Source: Candidatus Micrarchaeota archaeon
GTDB lineage: Archaea; B1Sed10-29
Assembly (NCBI GenBank): GCA_964579265.1
Contig: CAZOFO010000003.1
Span: 15,968 to 79,967 of the forward strand
Length of the DNA stretch: 64,000 bases
Reading direction: 5' to 3'
The position numbers and the translations under genes are program-made. Positions 1 to 9,861 of this stretch are shown here, one piece after another. The first letter of the stretch is position 1; every line of letters begins with the position of its first letter. The notes under the pieces were generated by a model. It had not been told where the DNA came from. It searched no databases and saw only the letters and a program-made list of their open reading frames with translations.

Positions 1-126
1 GGTATTAATATTATCTACTCTTTTCTTTCCAGTTTTGAAGTTCATATGTTTGTTCAGTTTGTTCTGTTTTAGATCGGTTCGCTTTTTCCGTTCTTTGTAT
101 TTTTTACTCGGATAACTATTTAATAT

Positions 127-1203
127 TTGTGTGATAACAATTTCAATATGTCTATTAGAGAGGTCTTGCTAAGAGGGTTCACTGCCGGATCGATAGAGGG
201 GATTTTCACAATCTCGAATGCTGTAAGTCTTTTATTCCTGGCTTTGGCAGGTATATTGGCCCTTTATATATCTCCTAAAGTACCTTATTGGCTCAACAAA
301 CCTATAAGAAAGGTTTTACGTATTGATTTCTCCAAAGAATCTAAAAAACAGTTTTCAAATATACTAAGATGGACTATTTATGTTTTACTTCTTTTTTCTG
401 CATTTTATATCCTTGGATTTAAGTTAATACATACTAACCCGGTCTTCAGGATGTTATTAATTTTTTATGCTATTAAGGTCACGATAGCAGTTCTTAAACC
501 TTCTATAAAGAATTTAGATAAAAGAATAGAAGGTGCAGATGTTTCTGAAGGATCGGTGTTAATGAGGCTAATGATTTCAGTAGTTTATTTATTTGGTTTT
601 CTTGCTATATTATCTGTATTGGGCGTCAGAGGTGTTTTAATGACTTCTCTAGCAGGTGCAGGTATCATAGGTATAGTTATTGGTTTTGGAGCTCAGGATC
701 TAGTTTCGAATATGCTCTCAGGGATATTCATAGCTCTGGACACACCGTTTAAAACCGGTGATATAATAGAATTTAACGGTTTCATAGGTAGTGTAAAAGA
801 AATGGGATTGAGAACAACTTCAATAAATACTTTTGATAATAAAGTAGTTACTGTTCCTAATAAAGAACTCGTAAATAACCCTGTTACTAATTATACTGCT
901 AACGAAACAATAAGGATCTCAGTTGAAATAGGTGTAAGCTACGATTCAGATATTGAAAAAGCATCAAATACTCTTAAGAATGCATTAAAATCTATAAAAC
1001 CAATCTCGGATGATAAAGAACCAGAAGTAATCGTGAAAGGGTTCGGAGGATCTTCTATAGATCTAGAGGGAAGAGCATGGATAAATCAATCGGAAATAAA
1101 CTGGATAAAAGCCAAATCGGATATCAGGGAAAAGATAGTAGAGGAATTCAGAAAAGAAGATGTTGAAATACCTTTCCCAACCAGGGTAATAATCGAAAAG
1201 TAA
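127..1203 (+). CDS. Small-conductance mechanosensitive channel (MscS family)
   Basis: N-terminal TM helices, then the MscS pore/beta-domain signature GIVIGFGAQDLVSNMLSGIFIALDTPFKTGDII...VTVPNKEL. Confidence 0.85.
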   Translation: MCDNNFNMSIREVLLRGFTAGSIEGIFTISNAVSLLFLALAGILALYISPKVPYWLNKPIRKVLRIDFSKESKKQFSNILRWTIYVLLLFSAFYILGFKLIHTNPVFRMLLIFYAIKVTIAVLKPSIKNLDKRIEGADVSEGSVLMRLMISVVYLFGFLAILSVLGVRGVLMTSLAGAGIIGIVIGFGAQDLVSNMLSGIFIALDTPFKTGDIIEFNGFIGSVKEMGLRTTSINTFDNKVVTVPNKELVNNPVTNYTANETIRISVEIGVSYDSDIEKASNTLKNALKSIKPISDDKEPEVIVKGFGGSSIDLEGRAWINQSEINWIKAKSDIREKIVEEFRKEDVEIPFPTRVIIEK

Positions 1204-1302
1204 AAAAAGAAGCTGAAGTAATCTATCCTCCCTATCTCAAAACACGAACCACCGTGAAACTAATAAATAAAATAAAATACAAAATTAATACAGGAGATCT
1301 CT

Positions 1303-2052
1303 ATGAAATCCTCAACCAAAAATATAGTTTACATAACATTTGGAATACTACTGATCACAATAGCTTCTTCCTTTGCCTTTGCAGCACCCACTTCTTCTCA
1401 ATGTGATGCCTACATTGAAGATGCAAAAGAAGAAGCCACTCAACCATATCCTGATTATCTTTCTTCAGGAGAAAAATACTTCAGCGCTGCTAGATGTTAC
1501 GAAAGAGTAGGAGAAGAATCAAAAGCAGAAGAAGCCTACGAAAAATCAGCAGAACAACTAAGTAAAGTTGCAGAAGTACTAGGAAACCATAGATTAGCAG
1601 CGGAAAGCCATGAAAAAGCAGCAATTTCTTATGAAGCAATAGGAAGAACATCAGAGGCTCTAGAGAATTATGAGAAAGCAATGTTGAGGTATCAATCGGC
1701 AGGAAATTCTGTAAAAGCACAGGAAATGGGAGAAAAAATTGAAGAGATGAAAGAAGAATCTACTCCTATACAGGAAATAAGAGGTAATGCCAGGAGCATC
1801 ATAGGATTAATCTCCCTAACAGTACTTTTCCTCTCAATCTTGGTTCTAATATTGATAGGGATCGCAAACTTCGCTAATTTTGGAAAAGAAGCAGTAGGAG
1901 AAGAAAAGCCAGATGATGAAACACCAGGGTTAGCAAATATAGAATCAAAGGAAAAAGAAAAAGAAGAGGAAGAAAATCTTGAAAGAACAAAAAAGAAGAA
2001 ATCACCAAGACAAAGAGCAATAGAGAAACTCAGAGAAAAGTACAAACCCTGA
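1303..2052 (+). CDS. Hypothetical membrane-anchored protein (signal/TM N-terminus, helical A/E/K-rich ectodomain, C-terminal TM plus basic tail)
   Basis: Hydrophobic N-terminus ending AFA-AP, second hydrophobic segment LISLTVLFLSILVLILIGIA, charged KEKEKEEEE tail. No recognisable family. Confidence 0.4.
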   Translation: MKSSTKNIVYITFGILLITIASSFAFAAPTSSQCDAYIEDAKEEATQPYPDYLSSGEKYFSAARCYERVGEESKAEEAYEKSAEQLSKVAEVLGNHRLAAESHEKAAISYEAIGRTSEALENYEKAMLRYQSAGNSVKAQEMGEKIEEMKEESTPIQEIRGNARSIIGLISLTVLFLSILVLILIGIANFANFGKEAVGEEKPDDETPGLANIESKEKEKEEEENLERTKKKKSPRQRAIEKLREKYKP

Positions 2053-2097
2053 ATTATCTAAAATTCTATAAATAACAAAAAGACAGGAGAAACCACC

Positions 2098-3816
2098 ATG
2101 TCAAATTTTGAAATAAAAAGAAAAGACCTAGCAGGCAGAATCGGTAAATTAAAAACCAAACACGGAGAAATAGAAACACCAACTATTCTGCCAGTGGTAA
2201 ACCCAAATAAAATAACTCTAAATTCTCAAGAACTAAAAGAAACAGGATCAAAAGCAATAATCACAAATGCCTATATTCTAAAGAAAGATCACCTACACGA
2301 AGTAATTACACAAGGGATACATAACTTCCTGGATTTCCACGGACCCATAATGACGGATTCCGGAGCCTATCAACTAATGAGATACGGAAACCTTGAAATA
2401 AACAACAGAGAAATACTGGAATTTCAAGAAAAAATAAACACAGATATAGGAGTAATGCTAGACATCCCAACAGAAAGCGAAAAAGAAAAAGAAATACATA
2501 AAACAGTGAAAAAAACTATAGAAAGAGCAAAAGAAAGCGAAGAATACATAAAAAACAAAGAAACACTACACGTAGGTCCACTCCAAGGATGGAAAAAACC
2601 CAAAATATTCAGAGAATGCGTAAAAAAACAATCAAAACTAGAATTCGATCTCCATGCTCTAGGATCAATAGTGCCGACCATGGAGAAATACAGATATTCA
2701 AAACTAATGGAACCGCTTAGAATAATAAAAGAAGAAATACCTGAAAACAGACCAATACATCTCTTTGGAGCAGGACACCCGATGCTGATGCCTTTCCTAG
2801 TGGCAATGGGTGCAGATATGTTTGACTCAGCAGCTTACTCTCTTTACGCTGAAGAAGGAAGATACCTAACATCTACCGGAACCAAGAAACTTGAAGAAAT
2901 TAATTATTTACCCTGTAATTGCCCGGTATGCACAAAGGCAGAGAATAATCCACAAAATCTGGAAAAAGAAAAAACCAAGAAAAAACTAGCAAAACATAAT
3001 CTACACGTTACCTTCAAAGAAATAAATAAAATAAAACAATCTATAAAAGAAGGAACACTCTACGAACTACTTGAAACAAAATCAAGATCCCACCCATCAC
3101 TCAAAAAACTAATGGATGAACTAACAAGCGATACAAGAACAATAGAAAAAAGAGACCCAGTATCAAAGAAACACATGTTCGTAGTATCGGAATACAGCAA
3201 AAAAAGACCGGACTACAGGAGAGCAATTAAAAAAGCTAAAAAAATAAAAGAAGAACAAGAGAAAACAATAAATACTCCTGAATTTGGAGAAGTTCCTTTA
3301 AGCTTAATGGAACTCTACCCGTATTCACATACAGGAAGAGAAATAAAAGAAGATAAAAGAAAAAATATAGAAGATTTAAAGAAATTAAAAACGGCTAGTA
3401 AATACTGGCTAGGAAAAGATATAGTTCCAAAAGACGTCGAAATAAAAAAATCACCAAAAACAGGTAAAATAAGAAAACTAATCAGAAGAGGAGAACTCTA
3501 CTTAGTGATAAGAGCAAGCGACTACATGTTCCTACTACACGAAGCAGCCAAAAAACTACATAGAGAAACTAAATACCCTAAAAGAAGAATAGTAATGAAC
3601 GAAGAAGCATCTGAATTCGTTGAAAAAGGAAAAACAGTATTCAACAAATTCGTTACAGATATCGATCCCGAACTAAGACCCGGTGAACCAGTATTAATGG
3701 TAAATGAAGAAGACGAACTCCTTGCTGCAGGAGAAACTTATCTATCAGCAAAAGAAATAAAAGAAATGGACAGAGGAGAAGCAGCAAAAAACAGATGGAA
3801 AGCTAAAAGAGACTAA
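2098..3816 (+). CDS. tgtA: Archaeosine tRNA-guanine transglycosylase (ArcTGT) with C-terminal PUA-like region
   Basis: TGT catalytic motifs DFHGPIMTDSGAYQ and LFGAGHPMLMPFLVAMGADMFDSAAY; zinc site CNCPVC; 572 aa fits archaeal ArcTGT; K/E-rich insertion present. Confidence 0.85.
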   Translation: MSNFEIKRKDLAGRIGKLKTKHGEIETPTILPVVNPNKITLNSQELKETGSKAIITNAYILKKDHLHEVITQGIHNFLDFHGPIMTDSGAYQLMRYGNLEINNREILEFQEKINTDIGVMLDIPTESEKEKEIHKTVKKTIERAKESEEYIKNKETLHVGPLQGWKKPKIFRECVKKQSKLEFDLHALGSIVPTMEKYRYSKLMEPLRIIKEEIPENRPIHLFGAGHPMLMPFLVAMGADMFDSAAYSLYAEEGRYLTSTGTKKLEEINYLPCNCPVCTKAENNPQNLEKEKTKKKLAKHNLHVTFKEINKIKQSIKEGTLYELLETKSRSHPSLKKLMDELTSDTRTIEKRDPVSKKHMFVVSEYSKKRPDYRRAIKKAKKIKEEQEKTINTPEFGEVPLSLMELYPYSHTGREIKEDKRKNIEDLKKLKTASKYWLGKDIVPKDVEIKKSPKTGKIRKLIRRGELYLVIRASDYMFLLHEAAKKLHRETKYPKRRIVMNEEASEFVEKGKTVFNKFVTDIDPELRPGEPVLMVNEEDELLAAGETYLSAKEIKEMDRGEAAKNRWKAKRD

Positions 3817-3853
3817 ATAATTTTTTAAATATCTATAAATCTCCTTTTCTCCA

Positions 3854-5542
3854 CTACAATACTTTAAATACAGCTAAACAATTAGTTTCCTGGTCCTTCA
3901 CTTCACAGCCTTCAGGATAATTGTAAACTTCTTCAAACCTATCATCCGAAGATAAATACTCTACAAATTCAATAGTATATGTGTCTCTAGTAGTTTCCTC
4001 ATGAATAAAGCTACTTCTAATAATCAAGTAATCGACTCCTATAGTCTCAACTACATCATAAGACTTATCAAAATGAGTTAAAGCAATATCCATACCAGGA
4101 TATTTATTACTAATGCTCTTCCTCCTACAGTGATAATCAATCATATGATCCCAGTGATAAAAAACCACAGAATCCTCTTCTGTATTTTCTCTTACCCAAT
4201 CACATCCTTCAAAAACCATTTCAGAAGGAGTTAAATCTCTTAAAGATTCAGTATGTCCATAAGAACCAACTAAAAACAACCCAAATACAGATAAAACAAA
4301 TATAGATTTAAATAATATCTTCAATTTATCTTTAATTCTTTTTCTTCCTTTAATATAATCTACTAAGTTTCCTATTTTCCCGTAAATCTTTTCCAACGCA
4401 AAACCTCCGGCCATTGATAAAGGAGCCACTACAAATAAAGTATTTCTCGAAACACTACCAATATCTTTGTCCCAAATTAATAAATAAACAAAAAAGAAAG
4501 ATATCAAAACCCATAGAACAGGTATAAGATACTTCTTCTTCCTTTCAAAGAAATATACAATGAATCCAAGGATTCCAATTAAAAAGATAGGTACGCTGTA
4601 AGCAAAACTTATATAATTAAACAACCCTTCTTCATGTAAATTTCCCCTATGTCCTGTCATAACAGGTAGATCTACATCTATATCAGGTAATTCTTCTTCA
4701 TAGCTACCTTCTTCCCTTAAATCAATTCCAAGAGGATTCAAAACTCTATGTGAATCAAAACCTAGTCCATTTCCTGCTCTATAATTATGAATTATCCAAG
4801 GACCCATCATGAACAGAGTAATAACTATTAAAATACTGAAATCTTTGAAAAACTTATTTAAATCTTTCTTATAAACATAAAGAACTATTAAAAATACAAA
4901 AGGAATAACTAGAACATTTTGAGCAGTTAAAACTGAAAAACCAAATAAAATACCGGTTGAAAATAAATAAAATCTTTTTTCCTCCTCTAAATAACTATAA
5001 AAGAAATAAAAAGACCCTATCAAAAACATCAAAGCCACAAGCTCAACATATATAAAAACAGTATGAGTTATCAAAGCAGGGATAGAAAGATACAAAGCCA
5101 CTGAAAAAACCCCAGACTTTACAGAATGCATCTTCCTAACCAATAAAAATAATAAAAGAGCAGAAATAACTGAAACTATAGGCATAAACATCCTCATACC
5201 TACTTCACCAGCTATAGAGTAAGAAAAACCTAACAAAATAAATAACATTGGTTCTCTAGTAAGAGGACGATCTCCTCTTATTTCAGTTTCTCCAAAAACA
5301 GTTCTAGAAAGTTCAAAACTCTCACCAAAATTTTCTGATCTTGTCAAATAAAATCCCTCATCTCCATAACCTAAAGGCTCGTACAAAGAAAATCTCAAAG
5401 TGATTAGAAAACTAGATAGTAAAATTAAACCTAGTAAAAAATACCATAAATAATCCTCCCTCTCAAAAATACCATAAATCCATCCTTGGTATTTATCTAA
5501 ATCTGAAAAACCCAGACTCATATCACATCTAAATATTACCAA
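3854..5542 (-). CDS. Putative GT-C fold membrane glycosyltransferase (ArnT/PMT-like), ~12 TM plus C-terminal soluble domain
   Basis: Many TM helices; first loop has an acidic YGDEGFY motif resembling the DE motif of GT39/GT83 enzymes; 562 aa. Family assignment is tentative. Confidence 0.4.
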   Translation of the reverse strand: MVIFRCDMSLGFSDLDKYQGWIYGIFEREDYLWYFLLGLILLSSFLITLRFSLYEPLGYGDEGFYLTRSENFGESFELSRTVFGETEIRGDRPLTREPMLFILLGFSYSIAGEVGMRMFMPIVSVISALLLFLLVRKMHSVKSGVFSVALYLSIPALITHTVFIYVELVALMFLIGSFYFFYSYLEEEKRFYLFSTGILFGFSVLTAQNVLVIPFVFLIVLYVYKKDLNKFFKDFSILIVITLFMMGPWIIHNYRAGNGLGFDSHRVLNPLGIDLREEGSYEEELPDIDVDLPVMTGHRGNLHEEGLFNYISFAYSVPIFLIGILGFIVYFFERKKKYLIPVLWVLISFFFVYLLIWDKDIGSVSRNTLFVVAPLSMAGGFALEKIYGKIGNLVDYIKGRKRIKDKLKILFKSIFVLSVFGLFLVGSYGHTESLRDLTPSEMVFEGCDWVRENTEEDSVVFYHWDHMIDYHCRRKSISNKYPGMDIALTHFDKSYDVVETIGVDYLIIRSSFIHEETTRDTYTIEFVEYLSSDDRFEEVYNYPEGCEVKDQETNCLAVFKVL

Positions 5543-5710
5543 TTCCTCGTAATACTTAATTCTATCTAAAAACTTATTTTTACCTCGAAGATAATTAGAT
5601 TAAAGTACTTGGAAACCCAAATTATTAAAGAAAACTAATTAATAAAAAACTAACCAAAAAATTACAAGCAGTATTAATCAATATACTAAAAAACCCAAGA
5701 ACCGATAAAG

Positions 5711-6703
5711 ATGAATATATACGAACAAGGAAGATACAAAAAACTATTCATTATCCCAGTAGTTATGTTAGTAATTCTACTATTCTTCGCAACCCGTTTA
5801 ACCTATGGAATGGATTTCCAAGGAGGAACAAGAATAACATCACCTCTAGAAAATGATGTAGACGTAGCAGAAATGGAAATGGAAATAGGAGAAGAATTTA
5901 ATTTAGTAGACGCTGATGTAAGAAAAACAGAAGGAGTGGAAAGAGTACTAATAGTCAGTTACGTAGGTAATAGAGACATTATGCAGATGGAAGAATTAAT
6001 GGAAGAAGGAAATTACGAAGAAGTAATATCTAGAGCAAGAGAAATAACAGGAGAACTTGAATTAGAAGACCTAGAGGAAGAAGAAAGAGCACAAGAATAT
6101 CTTTCAGCAGCCGAAGAAGAAATAAATTCACAATTAACAAGCTATATATCTGAAAAAACAGGAGCTGAAGAAGGTGAAATGTCAATAGATTCTATAGGAG
6201 CAGCTATGGGAGCACAATTCCTAGATCAATCTAGAAACGCAATAATAGCAGCAGTGATATTCATATCAATACTAGTATTTTACTTCTTCAGAAAAATATT
6301 AGTTTCACTAGCAGTCTTCCAATCTCCTGTCTACGACATCGTGTTCGGGCTAGGAGCAATGGGCCTATTCCAAATACCATTAACACTTGGAACAATAGCG
6401 GCTTTACTGATGGTCATAGGTTACTCAATAGATTCCGACATAATGCTCACTATGAAGGTGCTGGAAAGCAAGGAAGGTACACCTGAAGAAAGAGCTAACA
6501 AAGCTCTAAAAACAGGTATAACAATGGCGGTAACCACAATAACAGCACTATCAGCTCTCTTAATAGTTGCATACCTAACTCAAATAGAATTACTCGTCAG
6601 TATATCACTCATATTGGTCCTTGGATTAATCGGAGACGCAATAACAACCTGGTTCATAAACGCCCCGATAATGATATGGGAATCAAAAAGAACCAGTAAA
6701 TAA
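5711..6703 (+). CDS. secF: Protein-export membrane protein SecF
   Basis: N-terminal TM then GMDFQGGTRI motif; C-terminal SecD/F-type 5-6 TM bundle; precedes secD as in the archaeal secFD arrangement. Confidence 0.75.
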   Translation: MNIYEQGRYKKLFIIPVVMLVILLFFATRLTYGMDFQGGTRITSPLENDVDVAEMEMEIGEEFNLVDADVRKTEGVERVLIVSYVGNRDIMQMEELMEEGNYEEVISRAREITGELELEDLEEEERAQEYLSAAEEEINSQLTSYISEKTGAEEGEMSIDSIGAAMGAQFLDQSRNAIIAAVIFISILVFYFFRKILVSLAVFQSPVYDIVFGLGAMGLFQIPLTLGTIAALLMVIGYSIDSDIMLTMKVLESKEGTPEERANKALKTGITMAVTTITALSALLIVAYLTQIELLVSISLILVLGLIGDAITTWFINAPIMIWESKRTSK

Positions 6704-6721
6704 AAAATAAAGGAGATTCGG

Positions 6722-8275
6722 ATGAAAGAAACATTTAAAAAATTAATCAAAACCAGGAGAATACAGATATTCATAATAGGAATCATATTGATAGGTATAG
6801 TACCCATACCTCTTAGAGAAATCGACCTAGGAATGGACTTTAGAGGAGGAACTATGATAGACCTCAGACTGGATGAAGAAGTCGATTCCGCTACTATGTC
6901 AACCATGACACAGGTACTAGAAGAAAGAGTAGATACTTACGGATTGAGAGACGTATCTGTAACACCACAAGGAAGAAGATATATCAGAGTAGAAGTGGCT
7001 GAAACAGATCCAGAAGCAATAGAAGCTCTAAGACAGATAATAGGACAGCAAGGAAGCTTCGAAACTCTATACGATGGAGAAGTAATACTCCACGGTAGAG
7101 ACGTAGTTGACGTCATAACCGACCCAGAACAAGGATACGGAGCAAGAGGAGGTCCAGAAACAGGATACAGATGGAGCGTACCCTTCAGAATTACTCCTGA
7201 CGCAGCAAATTCATTTGCAGAATCAGTAGAAGGAGAATGCACCCCTACACCTGATGGACAAAGATGCCAAGAACTACTATACATGTTCATAGACAGACCA
7301 CATAACTCCGTAGTCATAATGAATAATGAACTATACGAAGAAGAAAGAGAAGTACCACAATCCCTGGAAAAAGAAGAAACACCAATGGGAGCAGTTGAAG
7401 GAGAAATAGAAATAGAAGAAATAATAAGAAACTCAGGATCCGAATTAATAGTAACCGAAGAAATAGACGAAGAAACCCTAAACAAAACCGAAAATAAAAC
7501 AGTACTAATACCCCAGGATATGTTCAACCCTGAAGAAATACAAAATGCAGAAGAAGTAATAGAAGTACCATACACCGAAAATTACTGGATAGGAAACGCC
7601 CTAAACATAGAAACCATAGTACACCTCACCCCAGGGATAACTCGAGGAGAACCAGTAGACACACCAAGCATAACAGGAGGAGCAGAAACAGAAGAACAAG
7701 CATTCGAAGAAATAGAAAGAATAAGAATACTCCTAAGATCAGGAAGACTACCAGTAGGAGTACAAATAGAAAGAGAAGACAGAATGTCCCCCCTATTAGG
7801 AGAAAGATTCTTAGATTACTCTATAATGGCAGGTATAGCTGCATTAATAGCAGTATCCATGGTAGTTTCATTCAGATACAAGAAAAAGAAAATAGTTGCC
7901 CCGATGCTCATGACTAGTTTCTCAGAAGTACTGATGACACTAGGAGCAGCAGCCTTAATAGGTTGGCAGCTTGATCTACCTGCAATAGCAGGAATAATAG
8001 CAGTAGTAGGTACAGGAGTCGATCACCAGATCATTATGACTGAAGAAGCAATAGAAAAAGAATCAGATGAAGAAGAAAGCCTAGCAAGAAGAATAAAGAA
8101 AGCATTTTCCATAATACTAAGATCAGCAATGACAACCATATTCGCGATGTTCCCACTACTATTCATGGGTCTAGGAGCTCTACAAGGATTCGCTATAACA
8201 ACAATAATAGGAAGCATAATAGGAGTAACAATCTCAAGACCAGCTTACAGAGCTATAATAGATGAAATACTTTAA
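6722..8275 (+). CDS. secD: Protein-export membrane protein SecD
   Basis: GMDFRGGTMIDLRL motif, large periplasmic domain, C-terminal TM bundle with GTGVDHQIIMTEE (the SecD GVDxxI motif). Confidence 0.75.
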   Translation: MKETFKKLIKTRRIQIFIIGIILIGIVPIPLREIDLGMDFRGGTMIDLRLDEEVDSATMSTMTQVLEERVDTYGLRDVSVTPQGRRYIRVEVAETDPEAIEALRQIIGQQGSFETLYDGEVILHGRDVVDVITDPEQGYGARGGPETGYRWSVPFRITPDAANSFAESVEGECTPTPDGQRCQELLYMFIDRPHNSVVIMNNELYEEEREVPQSLEKEETPMGAVEGEIEIEEIIRNSGSELIVTEEIDEETLNKTENKTVLIPQDMFNPEEIQNAEEVIEVPYTENYWIGNALNIETIVHLTPGITRGEPVDTPSITGGAETEEQAFEEIERIRILLRSGRLPVGVQIEREDRMSPLLGERFLDYSIMAGIAALIAVSMVVSFRYKKKKIVAPMLMTSFSEVLMTLGAAALIGWQLDLPAIAGIIAVVGTGVDHQIIMTEEAIEKESDEEESLARRIKKAFSIILRSAMTTIFAMFPLLFMGLGALQGFAITTIIGSIIGVTISRPAYRAIIDEIL

Positions 8276-8389
8276 AAACTAGAAAAATAAATCAAAATCT
8301 ATCTTAGATTCTAATGCTGGGAAAAACCATATAAAAAACCAATCCCTTATTCAAATATCTAAAGCAAAAATACAGAAAAACTGATAGAA

Positions 8390-9142
8390 ATGCCAAAACT
8401 CGGGAGCCAAAAAGATCTTGAAAAAACGGATGAAGATACAATCGAAAGAATCCCAACAGGAGTACCTGGACTCGATAACCTGCTTGAAGGAGGATTTCCA
8501 CATCCATCAACCATACTACTAACAGGTAATTCTGGAACAGGAAAAACAGTCCTAGGACTACAATACTTATACAATGGAGTAAAACAAGAAGATCAACCAG
8601 GAATATACTTATCCGTCCAGGCTCATCAAACAGACGTTACCTGGTACTGTTCCAAATTCAATCTAGACATAGCAGAACTTCAAGAAGAAAGAGAACTAGT
8701 TGTAAGCAATTATGAAATACCTCAATACGAACAATTTCATTCCAAAACAGCAGCAAGAGAAATAAATAAAAAACTAGGAAGAATAATAGACTCAGTAAAC
8801 GCGAAAAGAATAGTTATAGATAGCATAACACCATTTGGTTACCTATCAAACTCAAAAGCAGATTATAGAGAATTACTATATAAAATATCTCAAAAACTAA
8901 AAGAAGAAGAATGCACCACGATAATGATCTCTTCAGGATCACAAAAAGAAAAATTAACTCCTTTTGAAGTAGAACCTTACTTAGCTGATGGGGTTATAAA
9001 ACTAAGTAAAGAAGAAAAAGGCAGAAAAAGAAAGAGAACATTACACATAAACAAGATGACAGCCACTAGAACACCTCTGGAAGATATTAACTTTAATCTG
9101 TCAGAGGAAGGATTCAAACTACTACCTTCCTACTACGGGTAG
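8390..9142 (+). CDS. KaiC-like RecA-superfamily ATPase (single domain)
   Basis: Walker A in IPTGVPGLDNLLEGGFPHPSTILLTGNSGTGKTVLGLQYLYNG; 250 aa typical of archaeal single-domain KaiC homologs. Confidence 0.65.
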   Translation: MPKLGSQKDLEKTDEDTIERIPTGVPGLDNLLEGGFPHPSTILLTGNSGTGKTVLGLQYLYNGVKQEDQPGIYLSVQAHQTDVTWYCSKFNLDIAELQEERELVVSNYEIPQYEQFHSKTAAREINKKLGRIIDSVNAKRIVIDSITPFGYLSNSKADYRELLYKISQKLKEEECTTIMISSGSQKEKLTPFEVEPYLADGVIKLSKEEKGRKRKRTLHINKMTATRTPLEDINFNLSEEGFKLLPSYYG

Positions 9143-9238
9143 TACTCTTGAGAACCAATAAAGATAAAGAAACCAAAAATCAAATAAATAATACTTCCAC
9201 ATTATTTTAACCTGTAAGATAATAAAAACTATACAGAT

Positions 9239-9311
9239 AGTCCTGTAGTCTAGCGGCCAAGGATGTAGGGCTTTGGACCCTAAGACGGCGGTTCGAATCC
9301 GCCCAGGACTA
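9239..9311 (+). tRNA. tRNA-Gln (anticodon TTG), no intron, CCA not encoded
   Basis: Manual fold: 7-bp acceptor AGTCCTG/CAGGACT; anticodon arm TAGGG-CTTTGGA-CCCTA; T-arm GGCGG-TTCGAAT-CCGCC; 73 nt. Confidence 0.8.
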
Positions 9312-9318
9312 TATTTCT

Positions 9319-9813
9319 CTACCACGGTTCTTTTTTTAAACCCAGAGAATAACCGATAAAATTAGTTAACAAATGAATAATAGGAGTAAAAACCAATATA
9401 AGGACTAAAGCTTTAAGAGAAGGTAGTTTTAAAATCGAACCCAAAACAATTGCTCCAAAAACAAAATCAAGCTGATCCAATAATGGGACTAAACCTCCTC
9501 TATTCACCCCTAATCTTCTTTTAAAGAAACTAGCAACTATATCTCCTGATAAAGCTCCAACGGAAGTAAAAAGACCTAACCAAACAAAGAGATTGTTACC
9601 TGTAACTAAAAAGATCATGATACCTATTATAAATCCAAGAAGTATCCCTGAAAACGTTCCCCGTACTGTCTTACCATCTCCCAATATCCTCTTTCCATTA
9701 TATTTCCTTCCTCCGTCTATTGGTCTTCCTCCTCCAAAAACAACTGCTGAAGAATTAGCAACATAAGCTGGAAATATGTAAAGGAAAGCCTCTATTAATA
9801 TTTCTATCATCAA
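9319..9813 (-). CDS. carS: CDP-archaeol synthase (CarS, DUF46 family)
   Basis: YVANSSAVVFGGGRPIDGG...ILGDGKTVRGTFSG matches the CarS/DUF46 signature; 164 aa, multi-TM. Confidence 0.75.
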   Translation of the reverse strand: MMIEILIEAFLYIFPAYVANSSAVVFGGGRPIDGGRKYNGKRILGDGKTVRGTFSGILLGFIIGIMIFLVTGNNLFVWLGLFTSVGALSGDIVASFFKRRLGVNRGGLVPLLDQLDFVFGAIVLGSILKLPSLKALVLILVFTPIIHLLTNFIGYSLGLKKEPW

Positions 9814-9861
9814 ACCACTTCTTATAGATTTAATCTTTTTTTACTATAAATTATTGATGAT

